Positions 31,195 to 41,699 are shown, counted from the stretch's first letter. The stretch: DNA of 64,000 nt from a virus (IMGVR_UViG_3300037193_001172:740-64739); one strand, 5' to 3'. The notes: generated by a model not told the origin, from the letters alone. Numbers and translations are program-made.

Positions 31195-32040
31195 TCAGGT
31201 CATGCTCAGGTAGCGGTTGATGAGCGTGTCGATCTCGGGCGGGATCGCGATGCGCGGCGTCGGCGTCTCGTTGAAGAACGACGCGAGGGCCTTCTGCCGC
31301 TCGGCTTCCATGTCGTCGTCAGCGAGCTGCTGCGCCTGCTCCTGATCCCACCAGGCCGGCGGCTCGTTCTGCGCCGCCAGCACGGCATCTTGCCACGGCA
31401 CGCTCTGTGCGCTCGCAGCGGCCGCGGGCGGAGCACTGCGCGAGAGCGACGGCACCGTGAGCCCGGTGCTCGGTGCAGCAGCCGCCGGTGCGCTCGACGG
31501 CGCCACGCGCGCGGCCGAGAGCAGGGATGACACTACGTCTTTGGCAGGTGCTTTTGCTGCGGCCACGGTCGGAACCTCGGGTAGCGGTTTGCCAGTGAGC
31601 GCGGCGAGTGTCTTGTCGACGAACGCTTGGCTCTTCTTCGGTTGGTTGTACGGGCTGCTCGGCAGGCTCGCCCATTCCTTGCCGAGCTTGCCGATCGCTG
31701 ACTTGAAGTCGCCCTTCAGCACGGCATCGAGCGCACCACGCTCGGCGATGCGATTGATCGCGGCCAGATCCTGCGACACCGGGCCGAAGTCCGTGAGCCC
31801 GAGCTTCTTCGCCTGCTCGTCCCACGTGCCGGCCAGAAACTGGTAGCGCCCGGCGGCCGTCGTCTGGCCGCCCTTGAACTTGTGCTTCTCGCGCGGATGA
31901 TCGTCGAGCGTCTTCAACAGCCCGCCACCGAAGGCGGTGTTGTAGTTGTTCTTCGCCGTCCCTTCCGTCTCTGCGATCAGGTTGAGGATCGTCTGGACGT
32001 TGGGGTTTGCGCGCAGCGCGAGCAGTTCATCGCGTGTCAT
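31195..32040 (-). CDS. Virion-associated lambda-R-like lysozyme/transglycosylase with low-complexity tail
   Basis: IAETEGT, TAAGRYQFL, DFGPVSQD, EWASLP..PYNQP. Confidence 0.9.
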   Translation of the reverse strand: MTRDELLALRANPNVQTILNLIAETEGTAKNNYNTAFGGGLLKTLDDHPREKHKFKGGQTTAAGRYQFLAGTWDEQAKKLGLTDFGPVSQDLAAINRIAERGALDAVLKGDFKSAIGKLGKEWASLPSSPYNQPKKSQAFVDKTLAALTGKPLPEVPTVAAAKAPAKDVVSSLLSAARVAPSSAPAAAAPSTGLTVPSLSRSAPPAAAASAQSVPWQDAVLAAQNEPPAWWDQEQAQQLADDDMEAERQKALASFFNETPTPRIAIPPEIDTLINRYLSMT

Positions 32041-33392
32041 TTGACTTTCCTGAAGCGCTCGATGGCAGCCAGGATCTTGGCCCGGTCATTCGCATATTGC
32101 GGCGAGTTCAGCGCATCCTGCAACCGGATCAGGATCGCACGGCGCTGCTCCGGCGATCGGCGCGCGTAAACCGCAGCGCTCACGTCAGACTGGCCGGCGA
32201 TGATGTCGTTGGCCGTCTGCATGCGCACGAAGCTGGAGATCGCCGGGGGCACAGCCGGAGTCGGTGCGCCCGCTTGCATCGCATCGAGCTTCGCCGCGGC
32301 GCCGCCGATCACCTGGTTGCCGAATTGCGCTGCTGCACGCACCGCGTTGGCTGTGTTCTCGAACTGATCGACCATGCCGGTACGGAAATCGCCACCGGTG
32401 TTCTGCTGGATCAGTCGACCGATAGCTGTGCCTGCGGCCGCCGCCGGGTTGAGCGTGTTGAGGATTGTCATCGGATTGATCGGCAACCCGCCACCGGCGG
32501 CCTGCGTGACGGCGGCGGCCTCGGGCGTCTCCGGTACCGGTACGTTCGGATCGCGCAGCACGGTGTTCAGCCCGACCTGGCCGGTTGCCCCTGGCACGAC
32601 AGGCGGCGGCACCAGCACGGCCGCACCCTGCTCGTTGATGCGAATCCGGTTGCCGGTGCTGGGCTGGAGCAGCGTGCCGTCCGGCTGCTTGATGAAGCCG
32701 GCGCCGACGACGTACTGCGCCTCGATCTCGGCGATGCGGCTCAGGCGTTGCGCGTCGACCTGGCCGCGCGTCTGCGCGTCGATGCGTGTCTGTTCGGCCG
32801 CTTCGAGCGCACCGGCACGGTTGCGCGTCTGCGCGATGCGCACCGCCAGCATGCTGACCGGCACCTGCTGCCCGCCGACATCGACGGTCTGCGCACCTGG
32901 CTCGACCTTGTAGCCGGCGGCCGTGATGATCGCCGTTGGGTCGCCGCTGTTGATCGCTGCATCGAGCGCGCTGACTGGGTTCGTCACGCCGAGGCCGGAC
33001 GAGAGCTTCTGGATGCCGGCCACGTCGCCCGCCGCCGCGAGCCGCTGCGTGATCGGCACGGCGAAGCCTTGCACCTGCTCCAGCACCTTGCTCTGCGCCT
33101 CGGGCGGCAGCGCCTGGAAGCCGGCGTCGTTCTGGATCAGGCTCAGCCCTTGCAGGTAGGCGTCGACCTCGCTGAGCCCTTGCTTGGTCAGCTGCTGCAT
33201 GTTGAGCATCCACGGCGCCGTGTACGTCGTCGCGATGCGGTTGATCTGGTTCTGCTCCCGCTCCGCGGCACGCTTCTCGCGCTCGAACGCGAACTGCTCC
33301 TGCTGCTGCAAGCGCACGATGTCCTTGAAATTGTCGTCGAGAGCCTGCTGCCGGCCTCGCGCAATTGCCATGAAATCGATGCCCTGTGCCAT
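32037..33392 (-). CDS. Putative internal virion (ejection) protein
   Basis: Ala/Gln-rich helical 451 aa in the ejection block. Confidence 0.6.
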   Translation of the reverse strand: MAQGIDFMAIARGRQQALDDNFKDIVRLQQQEQFAFEREKRAAEREQNQINRIATTYTAPWMLNMQQLTKQGLSEVDAYLQGLSLIQNDAGFQALPPEAQSKVLEQVQGFAVPITQRLAAAGDVAGIQKLSSGLGVTNPVSALDAAINSGDPTAIITAAGYKVEPGAQTVDVGGQQVPVSMLAVRIAQTRNRAGALEAAEQTRIDAQTRGQVDAQRLSRIAEIEAQYVVGAGFIKQPDGTLLQPSTGNRIRINEQGAAVLVPPPVVPGATGQVGLNTVLRDPNVPVPETPEAAAVTQAAGGGLPINPMTILNTLNPAAAAGTAIGRLIQQNTGGDFRTGMVDQFENTANAVRAAAQFGNQVIGGAAAKLDAMQAGAPTPAVPPAISSFVRMQTANDIIAGQSDVSAAVYARRSPEQRRAILIRLQDALNSPQYANDRAKILAAIERFRKVK

Positions 33393-33404
33393 AAATTTCT
33401 TCCG

Positions 33405-34514
33405 TTAGCCGATCAAGGGCGGGGTGTAATCGCCGTTGTTGTAGTAGTCCACATTCATCAACGGGAACCGGGACATATCCACGAGCACAACACCACCGGT
33501 GATACCGATGACCTCGAACGGCACGATGCCGCCGCGCGCCAGGTCGTCGATGCCGACTTCACCTTCGTTCATTTGCGCTTCGGCCTGGCCCCAGTTGGAC
33601 GTAGGCATCCACTCGTCGCCGTCGAACTGGTCAGACTTCAGCACGCCGAAGGTGTTGCTTGCATCTGGGTGCATGAAGCTCTGGTTCGACGAGTCGTAGC
33701 CGAACGTCGCAACGCCGTTGACGCCTTGCGGCGTCTGCGATCCAACCGACGGCATCGTGGTACCGGCGCGCTGCCGGCTGAAGTATTCGTACTGGCCTTG
33801 CGCGATTGTGTTGGCCTCCGCGCTGCCGCTGGCGTTGCGGTAGTCGCGCCGCGCGTAACCGAATGCTTCGAGCGCGCTGTTCAGCTGACCGGCGTAGATG
33901 CCGCTGACCGCCGCCAGCCCCTGTCCGGCCGAAGCGTAGAGCGTTGCAGCCTGCTGCATGAGCCCGCGACCGACAGCAACGGCTTGTGCTCGGCGCTCGA
34001 AGTTCACGTCGTTGCGCGCCTGGAATTCGGCGAACGCAATGTTGCGCCCGAGCACGCGCGCATTGGCGATGCCGGTGGCGCGTGCCATCAGCAAGTCCTG
34101 CATGATCTTCTTGCTCTGGCTCGTGCAGTAACGAGCGAACGAGCACTTCGCTTCCTTGATCTGCCGAGCGAATGCAGCTGCCACCGTCGCCACGAGCCGA
34201 CCGGCGTAACGCCGGCCCATCGCGTCGACCGTCTCGATCGCCTCGGGGTTGGCGAACTCGGCTAGGAACTGTTGCTCGCGCGGCCAGTACACCGTGCGCA
34301 GCTGCTGTTGCTGCTGCTGTGCCAGGTGCAGCGCGCGCTTGGAAATATCGCGCTGGTCTTTGTAGTTCTTGACCAGCTGGTTCGCGTTGTCGACGGCGAT
34401 CGCCGCTGCCGCTACCTGGCGAATGGTCGCCGCGGTGTGCACGCCAGCCGTGCGGATGGATTCACCGCTGGTGTAGCCGGCGCTGCCGAGACAATAGAGT
34501 GAGGAAAATGCCAT
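33405..34514 (-). CDS. Putative internal virion protein, paralog of 34515-35402
   Basis: Position plus shared motifs with its neighbour. Confidence 0.6.
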   Translation of the reverse strand: MAFSSLYCLGSAGYTSGESIRTAGVHTAATIRQVAAAAIAVDNANQLVKNYKDQRDISKRALHLAQQQQQQLRTVYWPREQQFLAEFANPEAIETVDAMGRRYAGRLVATVAAAFARQIKEAKCSFARYCTSQSKKIMQDLLMARATGIANARVLGRNIAFAEFQARNDVNFERRAQAVAVGRGLMQQAATLYASAGQGLAAVSGIYAGQLNSALEAFGYARRDYRNASGSAEANTIAQGQYEYFSRQRAGTTMPSVGSQTPQGVNGVATFGYDSSNQSFMHPDASNTFGVLKSDQFDGDEWMPTSNWGQAEAQMNEGEVGIDDLARGGIVPFEVIGITGGVVLVDMSRFPLMNVDYYNNGDYTPPLIG

Positions 34515-35402
34515 TTACTGCATCCTTGGCCCGAGTCGCTGCATGACATCAAGGTCTTGCTTCAGCGTGTCCCACTCGTTCTCTTTCGTGATCTTCTGGT
34601 TGATCGTCACCGGCTGACGCGCAATCGGCGCCAGCGGCGGCGACTGATCCGACATATTCACGCCGTAGCTGCGCTGCTGTTGTGGCATCGTCGCCTGCGG
34701 CATGTACGTCTTCGTCCACGTCTCGCGAATACCGCTGCCCCAGCCGACTGTATCGTTGCGCGTTTGGTGATAGCCAAACGCCTGGAGCGCGCTGTTGATG
34801 CTGTTGATGAGCAGCGAACCGGCGCTGGCCGCCGATGCGCCGCCGATGGCCTGGTAGCTCAGGAAGTCGCGCAGCTGGCCGCGGCCCATCTGCAACACGC
34901 CGTACTGCCGCGCGTAGCGCCGATCGTTCACGATCTGCGTGCGCGACTCTTCCTGACGTGCGCCGTAGTTGCTCAGGTCGACCGTGATGAGGGTCGAGTT
35001 GCGCTGCCACCGCGCGTCCTCGCAGCGTGACGGGTCCATACAGGCCGCGCGCATGCGGTTGATCCAGTCGGTCCGACCGGTAGCCAGCGAGTTCTGGGCC
35101 AGGCCGCTGAACTCGGCCATGAGCGGCACGTAGCTCGGCGTGCGGAGCGATTCACCGAACGCATCGGCGACGAGCTCGGCTTCCTCCGGCCAGAACAGTT
35201 CGGCGTGTGCTTCGACTTCCTCAGCCAGCTGTACCTGCTGGTCCGCAATCTCCTTCTGCATTTCTGCGATGGAGTTGCTGGCCTTGCGCTGCCACAACGC
35301 GAGCACGACCTGGATGGCCGCGTCGATCGTGGCCTGCGTGATGAGCGCAGTCGCCTGCTTGGTCGAGGCGCTGATGTAGTCGAATGTGGTGATACATCCC
35401 AT
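34515..35402 (-). CDS. Putative internal virion protein, paralog of 33405-34514
   Basis: Position plus shared motifs with its neighbour. Confidence 0.6.
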   Translation of the reverse strand: MGCITTFDYISASTKQATALITQATIDAAIQVVLALWQRKASNSIAEMQKEIADQQVQLAEEVEAHAELFWPEEAELVADAFGESLRTPSYVPLMAEFSGLAQNSLATGRTDWINRMRAACMDPSRCEDARWQRNSTLITVDLSNYGARQEESRTQIVNDRRYARQYGVLQMGRGQLRDFLSYQAIGGASAASAGSLLINSINSALQAFGYHQTRNDTVGWGSGIRETWTKTYMPQATMPQQQRSYGVNMSDQSPPLAPIARQPVTINQKITKENEWDTLKQDLDVMQRLGPRMQ

Positions 35403-35406
35403 GATG

Positions 35407-35799
35407 TCACCCGATCTCGTGGCCGATCACGGTGTACTCGCGGTGCTTGGCGCGCTGCTCGTAGAGCTTGTTCTGCACGAACATTTCAGTCGCACCCATC
35501 ATGGCGCAGAGCGACTTGAGGTATTCGATCATCGGCTCGCGGCTGGCGCCTTCGAGGATCAGCACCGTACCGGTGAGCCGATTCTCGGTCCACAGCTTGC
35601 CGACCTGCATCATCGCCAGCGTGATGATCTTGCCTTCCGCGTTCCGTTCCACCACTGCGCGCACTCCGCCGACCCAGGCGTAGAGGAAACCCTCGGGCTG
35701 GATGGGCACGCCCAGGTTGAACGCGGCTTGCACCAGTTCCTTGCCGACTTCGGCAAGCAGCTTTTCGTCTTTCGGAGGCGGGATAACGTGGAAACTCAT
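35407..35799 (-). CDS. Possible GNAT-fold tail assembly protein
   Basis: 130 aa located between nozzle and ejection genes, as in many podoviruses. Confidence 0.45.
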   Translation of the reverse strand: MSFHVIPPPKDEKLLAEVGKELVQAAFNLGVPIQPEGFLYAWVGGVRAVVERNAEGKIITLAMMQVGKLWTENRLTGTVLILEGASREPMIEYLKSLCAMMGATEMFVQNKLYEQRAKHREYTVIGHEIG

Positions 35800-37424
35800 G
35801 CGCCCAATTCCTTCATGCTAGTGGCGGTGCTGTAGAGACTGACGGTCGCGGTGCCTTGCAGCGTAACTTGCCAGCGCGTGCCAAGCGCCCACATCGGAAG
35901 CGTAAACACACGAGACGAAAGCACTGGGCGGTCGATGGCCGTGCGGCCGTCGACTGTCAGCTTAACATTCAGGGCCGGACCGCGAAAAACCGCATGCGCC
36001 GCAGCGAAGTTGATCGGTACCGGCGACACGATCTCCGGTGACTGCCAGGTGTACGGGCGCTTCACTGCGCCGCGGTCCCACTGGTACACGCCGTCCGCCT
36101 TGACGAGATAGAAGTCACCGGTGCGCGAGACGAACGCATCGATCACGTCGGTGTCGGACAGCTCGCTGTGCGTGTCGAGCGGCCAGCCTGCTTCCGGTCC
36201 GTTGGCGAGCGTGAGCACGAAACTGCCTCCGCGGCCGAACACGAACAGGTGGCCGTTGAACGACACCGGCATCACCGTCTCGGGGCGCAGCTTGTGCCAG
36301 TCATCCGGTGCGTACAGCGGAGTGGTCACGAGCTGCGGCGCGCTCGCGCCCGAGAGCGCGACGAGTCCGTCATGCGTCGGGTACACCGCCCCGCTCGGCG
36401 TCTTCGCCATGCGGCGGTTGCCGCAGCCGACCATCGGGTACTTCACCGGTAGACGCACGGCCTTGCGACAGCCGGCGTTCTGGCATTCCGACGCACCTGG
36501 CACGACGTACGGCGAGCCGTCGGTCGCGACGTAGATCAAGCCGTTGTTCTCGATGATCGCGCAAATATTGTCGTCGAGATCGATGTGGTACGGCCACTCG
36601 TGGTAGCTGTTGTTCTCGCTGAAGAACAGCCGATTGCCGACGAAGCCGGCGAGGCAATTCATGCTCTCGATCCACACGATGCCGCGCAACTCAGCCGGTG
36701 GCGGATCTGCCACGTCCTGCTCCAGCGCCTCGAACAGTTCGTCGTTCGGCAGGCTATCGACGAACACGCCGCTGTTAATGAGCGCGTCACCGGCGTGCAT
36801 CCACACGGTATCGAACACGTTGCCTGGCTCGCGGCCTGTCTGGTGGCCGGACACTGCGCGGAAGATGCGCACGTGCGTCACGCCCCACGAGATATCTGGC
36901 ACGGGCCAGTTCGAGACCGTGACTTCCTGGCCGTCCATCACCGTGATCGGTGTCGACGCCATCGACAGCGAACCGCGCTCGTTGCGCTCGTTCATGTACT
37001 GGTAGGCGTAGACGCGGCTCTCGGTATCCTTCGGAGCATAGGTGCCAGCGACACCGGCGACGGCCATCAACGGCTGGTCGCCGCACGGCACGCCGAGTCG
37101 ACGGATGGTCGGGATGCAGTTGCTCGGATCGAGCGAGACGATCGCCGGCCACGGCTCGTCGCCGGTCGTATAGAACTCGCGGCACGTCACCGGACCTTGC
37201 GCGATGTCGACGCACGTATCCCAGTCGAGCCAGCACTGGTCGTGCAGGAACGAAGTCACCGTGCCTTCGGATACGGCGCGCACGAGCCGTAGCTCGCGCC
37301 ACGCATCGAGCGTGCCGTGCCAGAACTTGCAGTCGAGCGCGAGCCCGGCGACGTGATCGCCGAGCAGGTGATCTGCCACCCGTGGCGATGACCCACCGAA
37401 CCGCTTGACGGTGTACGCAGCCAT
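35796..37424 (-). CDS. Tail nozzle/tubular (stabilisation-like) protein
   Basis: 542 aa beta-rich; FGGSSPR N-terminus, YAYQY..ERGSLS, LFFSE...WP. Confidence 0.7.
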   Translation of the reverse strand: MAAYTVKRFGGSSPRVADHLLGDHVAGLALDCKFWHGTLDAWRELRLVRAVSEGTVTSFLHDQCWLDWDTCVDIAQGPVTCREFYTTGDEPWPAIVSLDPSNCIPTIRRLGVPCGDQPLMAVAGVAGTYAPKDTESRVYAYQYMNERNERGSLSMASTPITVMDGQEVTVSNWPVPDISWGVTHVRIFRAVSGHQTGREPGNVFDTVWMHAGDALINSGVFVDSLPNDELFEALEQDVADPPPAELRGIVWIESMNCLAGFVGNRLFFSENNSYHEWPYHIDLDDNICAIIENNGLIYVATDGSPYVVPGASECQNAGCRKAVRLPVKYPMVGCGNRRMAKTPSGAVYPTHDGLVALSGASAPQLVTTPLYAPDDWHKLRPETVMPVSFNGHLFVFGRGGSFVLTLANGPEAGWPLDTHSELSDTDVIDAFVSRTGDFYLVKADGVYQWDRGAVKRPYTWQSPEIVSPVPINFAAAHAVFRGPALNVKLTVDGRTAIDRPVLSSRVFTLPMWALGTRWQVTLQGTATVSLYSTATSMKELGA

Positions 37425-38233
37425 CAGGAGACGATCGCTCGATCGGTGACGCGCAGCCAGTTGACGCCATCGGAGAACGCGGGCACTGCGCCGCCGACCT
37501 CATCGGTCACGTAGACCAGCTGACCAGCGCCAGCAGCGAGCGCACTCGGCAGCGTAGCCACCGTGAAGCTCTGCGGCCGGTTGATGACGCTTTCGAGATT
37601 GCCGATGCGGGTTTCGTGCCCGCTGATCGCAGTATCCACCGCGGACGCATACGATCCGAGATCTACCGTCAACGTCACCGCACCCGTGAGCGGGTCTTTC
37701 GACGAGCCGAGTACGACACCCACAACCGCCGACGGCACGAAGCCGATGGTGAGCACGGGCGGCCACGTAACCGGAATGGTCTTGATGACCCCGTTGTCGA
37801 GATCGATGCCGCCGTCGCTGCTGGTTGCGCCCGTGACCGAATCGCCGTCGTCACCAGGCTCGCCACGCGGGATGCCGAAGTCGAGGATTGCGTTGGTCGG
37901 CGAGCCGCTGTTCGTGACCGTCGGCGCCGAGCCATAGGGCAGGCTGGTAACGGTGCCAGGCGTGACCGTGGCCGCAACGCCAGGCGGTCCCTGGCTGCCG
38001 TCGAGACCGGAGCCGCCACCGCCGATGCCGACCGGTGCGCAGCAGACATCGGGCGAGTACAGCGGCGCGTCGCCGGTCTGCACGCTGACGATGCAGCCGT
38101 TCTCGATGACGAGGGTGACGTTGGTGTAGGTGCCGTCGACAAGCGGCGGGCAAGCCGGTACGGGTTCACCCGAGAGCGGTGCGCCGCATTCCGTGCAAGG
38201 CTGACAGTGGGTCGGGACTACGCATGCCATCAC
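37424..38233 (-). CDS. Short tail fibre/needle-like protein
   Basis: Cys-rich N-terminus, short collagen-like segments, LDFGIPRG, C-terminal LVYVTD..GAVPAFSDGVNWLRV. Confidence 0.65.
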   Translation of the reverse strand: MMACVVPTHCQPCTECGAPLSGEPVPACPPLVDGTYTNVTLVIENGCIVSVQTGDAPLYSPDVCCAPVGIGGGGSGLDGSQGPPGVAATVTPGTVTSLPYGSAPTVTNSGSPTNAILDFGIPRGEPGDDGDSVTGATSSDGGIDLDNGVIKTIPVTWPPVLTIGFVPSAVVGVVLGSSKDPLTGAVTLTVDLGSYASAVDTAISGHETRIGNLESVINRPQSFTVATLPSALAAGAGQLVYVTDEVGGAVPAFSDGVNWLRVTDRAIVS

Positions 38234-38913
38234 GCTTGCTCCGGGCTCTGAATACGATCTTCCTGTCTCTGCACCACGCCCAGGATGTCGAAGAACATCC
38301 GGAAGTGATACGCCTTGTCGCCGCCCGCTGCATTCGCGAAGCGATCACCGCTGAGCATCGTCGCGAGAACCCAGTGCCACGCAGCCACGGCGAGCTTGCA
38401 GTCGTGGTTGAAGTTCTGCTGCACGTTGTCTTCGAGGATGTCGCACGGGCGCGCGACGCACTTGACCATGACGTACGCCTCGACGCCGCACGGCACCGGC
38501 GGGCTCACGGTGAAGCGGCCGTTGAGGTTCGGGTCGATGTCGACGCTGCTGAGCCGGTACTCGCCTTCCGCAGCCGGCGGCGTCAGGCAGCTCGGCTTCT
38601 TCCAGTTGCGCCGCGCCATCGTCGGCTTGGCGCGTGCACCAGAGATCTCGCGGATGATGTTGCCGCGCTCGTCGATCTGGTCGGTGACATCGAGGATGTG
38701 CTCGCAGCAGCCACGGAAGTCCTGGTACTTACCAGGCTGCAAACGCACAGCCTTCAGCTCGGTGAACAGGTCGGGGCGGTAACTCGCCACCATGCACGCG
38801 GCCTGGTTGTAGGCCGCGATCATGTCCTTCAGCGCGTACCGCTGGAACGGGCGCAGCGGCTCGTCGTCGTTGAGCGCAGACGCGATCGTGCGGAGCCAGT
38901 CGAAGAAAGTCAT
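38230..38913 (-). CDS. Head-tail adaptor-like protein (DUF6682-like)
   Basis: LNDxxxxxxFxRY...YRPDLF...LQPGKYQ pattern; position after capsid genes. Confidence 0.55.
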   Translation of the reverse strand: MTFFDWLRTIASALNDDEPLRPFQRYALKDMIAAYNQAACMVASYRPDLFTELKAVRLQPGKYQDFRGCCEHILDVTDQIDERGNIIREISGARAKPTMARRNWKKPSCLTPPAAEGEYRLSSVDIDPNLNGRFTVSPPVPCGVEAYVMVKCVARPCDILEDNVQQNFNHDCKLAVAAWHWVLATMLSGDRFANAAGGDKAYHFRMFFDILGVVQRQEDRIQSPEQA

Positions 38914-39737
38914 CAGCGGCCCCTCAGATAGTATTGGTCGTCACGCACGCGAGCACCGCCGCCGCCCCACATGCCAGAGCCGGGCTGCTGCTTGTGCGAC
39001 GAAGGAGTGCGCATCACCTTGCGCTTGGCGAGCACGATGGCGCGCGTGAAAGATTCGGCCGTCGGCAGCGAGGCCATCAGCGCACGATCGCGGAAGTGCA
39101 CCGCGTTGGCGTAGGTGAGCCGCGCACCGATCGTGATGTCGGCGCGGAAGTGGTCGTACAGGAACCGGTCGTGGAAGCACGCGTCTTCCGTCGGCGCCGA
39201 GTAGACCAGCACGCGCAGCAGGCCGCAGCGCGAGTCGCCGTTCACCGTGATCTGGTTACGCGCGACATCGAGCACCCAGTCGACGCTCTCGACGCGGCCG
39301 CCGCAGCAGCCGGTGCTGCATTCCTGCGTCACGCCGTTGTCGATGCGCGCGGCGATCGCGCCGATGATCTGCTCGCCCTCGTACGGGAACACCGGGTAGG
39401 TGTCGACGTTGCGCTGGAGCTCGATCACCACTTCGCGCTGCAACACGCGCGAGCCCTTGGCGAACTCGATGGCCGCCTGGCGCACGTAGTTGGCTGCGAT
39501 GTCTTCGTCCGGATCTTCGATGCCGACGATGACTTCGGGCAGCCAGCGTGCCCAGTCATACGTGTCGATCGCTTCCTGGATCGGGAGGGGCCGGCAGAAC
39601 GCAGGCCCCTCTTCCTCTTCCTCTTCGCACGCACGGTGCTCCGGAAGCCCACACAGGTCGAAGCCTTCCCCGTTGAAACCCCACGATACGATCAGCGAGT
39701 TGACCGGGGAATAGCGGAGGTTGAGCGGGAAAGCCAT
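38913..39737 (-). CDS. Adaptor/tail-tubular-like virion protein
   Basis: WLPEV...P......VRQAAIEF motif; position. Confidence 0.55.
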   Translation of the reverse strand: MAFPLNLRYSPVNSLIVSWGFNGEGFDLCGLPEHRACEEEEEEGPAFCRPLPIQEAIDTYDWARWLPEVIVGIEDPDEDIAANYVRQAAIEFAKGSRVLQREVVIELQRNVDTYPVFPYEGEQIIGAIAARIDNGVTQECSTGCCGGRVESVDWVLDVARNQITVNGDSRCGLLRVLVYSAPTEDACFHDRFLYDHFRADITIGARLTYANAVHFRDRALMASLPTAESFTRAIVLAKRKVMRTPSSHKQQPGSGMWGGGGARVRDDQYYLRGR

Positions 39738-39748
39738 GACCTACTCCA

Positions 39749-39982
39749 TCAGGCGATGTCCGCCTCGTGCTGGTTGCCGGAATCCTTCGACCCCGGATCG
39801 GGGGCCTCGGACTTGACCTTGACCGGCTCGTCCTGCTCCTGCATCGCCTTCTGCTTCTGCTTGGCGTTCTGCTCGAAGATCAGTTCGTTGCCGCCCTGGG
39901 TGTGGAATCTGCCGATGACACCGCGGGCATCCGCCGGTACGGTGACGATCAGTCCGTTGTAGCGACTCTTGACTTGCGGCAT
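39749..39982 (-). CDS. Small virion-associated protein (77 aa)
   Basis: RBS AAGGAG before ATG 39982. Confidence 0.65.
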   Translation of the reverse strand: MPQVKSRYNGLIVTVPADARGVIGRFHTQGGNELIFEQNAKQKQKAMQEQDEPVKVKSEAPDPGSKDSGNQHEADIA

Positions 39983-40000
39983 GGTTCTGCTCCTTGAAGC

Positions 40001-40025
40001 TGCTCGGGGCACCAGGCCCCGAGCA
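40001..40025. other. 10-bp hairpin after the capsid/decoration genes (attenuator or processing site)
   Basis: TGCTCGGGGC-accag-GCCCCGAGCA. Confidence 0.55.
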
Positions 40026-40045
40026 GGTTGCTTGGAGCGCCGGGC

Positions 40046-40711
40046 TTACTGCTCGGCGCGGTGGATCACGTCGTAGCTGAGCGCCACGGTGATGTCGAAC
40101 AGCCCCACGACCGGATCGACCGGGATCGTCGCGACCTGGAGGATGATCTCGTCTGCTTCGAGCGCGAAGGAGCCGTTGGCCTCGCGCGCGAAAATGTCAC
40201 GGAAGAGATCGGTGCCGAGCGCGCCGAAGCCAGCGAGCGAACCCGCCGACTGCGTACGCGTGACCTCGCACGGGAGCGCACCTGCCGCGGCCGCCACCTG
40301 GATGACCGAATCGTTCGGCAGCGCCAGGCCGTTGCGCGTGATGATATTGAACGTCAGGCCGGGCTCTTCCGCCTCGACATGCACGCCGATGCCAGTCACG
40401 AAGGCATAGGTGGGCACCGCGAGGACCGAGATCGTCGCACCGACACCGACGGTGTTGATGTGGTTGATGATCGCGGCGCGATCGGAGTCGAAGCCGTTGC
40501 CGCTGGGGAAGCGGTACTTGTCGTTCGCACCGGTCGGATTGCTGTGCGCGAGCGCGTTGTCGAAACGCGTACGCTCGGCCAGCTTGTCGTACTCGGGAAG
40601 CAGGCCGGGATCGCAGCAGCCGATACCGGAGTTGGCAGAGAAGACATCCATCTTCGGGCGCGAGCCACGGAAGACCTGGATGTTGTTCACGGATTTTGCT
40701 ACACGGGCCAT
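40046..40711 (-). CDS. Putative capsid decoration/minor structural protein (221 aa)
   Basis: Own RBS AAGGAG directly after the capsid gene; beta-rich. Confidence 0.6.
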   Translation of the reverse strand: MARVAKSVNNIQVFRGSRPKMDVFSANSGIGCCDPGLLPEYDKLAERTRFDNALAHSNPTGANDKYRFPSGNGFDSDRAAIINHINTVGVGATISVLAVPTYAFVTGIGVHVEAEEPGLTFNIITRNGLALPNDSVIQVAAAAGALPCEVTRTQSAGSLAGFGALGTDLFRDIFAREANGSFALEADEIILQVATIPVDPVVGLFDITVALSYDVIHRAEQ

Positions 40712-40721
40712 GATCGTCTCC

Positions 40722-41699
40722 TTAGACGTGCGTGATGGCGACGACGACGCCATAGGGGTTGAACACGTGGGTGTCCCAGACGAACTCGCCGACCAGGTAG
40801 TCCTCCCACTTGCCCTCGTACCACTTGTTCGTGATGACATCGAACGCGTGGAGAACCGTGTTCGGATCGATCAGCACGACAGGGGCCAGGATGCCGGCGG
40901 CGCCGAAGTCCTGCGGCATCAGCCAGCGCGTCGACATCAGGCGGAAGCCGTACATCGTGCCCAGCATGCCGGTGACGAGCGCGTTCTGGTCGGAGCAACA
41001 GGTGTTGAGCTCCTTCAGGTTCTGGAGCGCCCATTTCTCCAGCTGGAGCGGGATCAGGATCACCGGGTCCGACGTGTCGCCGTCGCTGGAGATCTCGCCC
41101 TCGCCGCACATCAGGCCGGCTTCCTGCGCCACCAGGCGCATCGCGAGGATCATGTCCTCGAAGCCTTCCTTCGAGTTGCCGTTCAGCGCGTTCGCGCCCT
41201 GGTCGCCCAGGTTGACCGAATGCGTGAGCTTGCCGGCCTGCGTGCCCACGTTGTCGGGATGCGCCGACGCGATGATCTTCGGGATCGAGTACGCGTCGAC
41301 CAGCTTGGTGATGTTCTTGCTGATCTGTCGACGGAGGTTCGACTCCCACTTCTCGTAGTTGTTGCACATCATCCGCTTGTCCTGGTTCGAGATCTTCCAC
41401 TCGAACTTCTTGGACTGGCAGATGGTCAGGCTGGCCGAGCCGATGCCGGGGCCGCTCAGGGTCTCGGGGTGCTCGTTGTTGTCGGTTTCCATACCGAAAA
41501 AGTCGAGATCCTGCTCGACGCCGAAGATGACCTTGGAACCGCAGAACAGGTCTTCGTCGTTGAGGAAGTCGGACTTGGCGATCTGCGGCGTGATCGAGCA
41601 GATCTGGTAGTTGTACACGATCTTCGCCGCGATTTTCGGCGGCGCCCACAGCGAGCCGGCTACGCTCTCATAGCCGACGGCGGACAGATTACGGGACAT
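40722..41699 (-). CDS. Major capsid protein
   Basis: 325 aa directly after the scaffold gene; GGAG RBS; HK97-like end (YLVGEFVWDTHVFNPYGVVVA). Confidence 0.8.
   Translation of the reverse strand: MSRNLSAVGYESVAGSLWAPPKIAAKIVYNYQICSITPQIAKSDFLNDEDLFCGSKVIFGVEQDLDFFGMETDNNEHPETLSGPGIGSASLTICQSKKFEWKISNQDKRMMCNNYEKWESNLRRQISKNITKLVDAYSIPKIIASAHPDNVGTQAGKLTHSVNLGDQGANALNGNSKEGFEDMILAMRLVAQEAGLMCGEGEISSDGDTSDPVILIPLQLEKWALQNLKELNTCCSDQNALVTGMLGTMYGFRLMSTRWLMPQDFGAAGILAPVVLIDPNTVLHAFDVITNKWYEGKWEDYLVGEFVWDTHVFNPYGVVVAITHV

Noticed and set aside
40046-40840. Possible capsid frameshift into the downstream gene
   Set aside because: The downstream gene has its own AAGGAG and ATG at 40711, and no clear slippery site was seen
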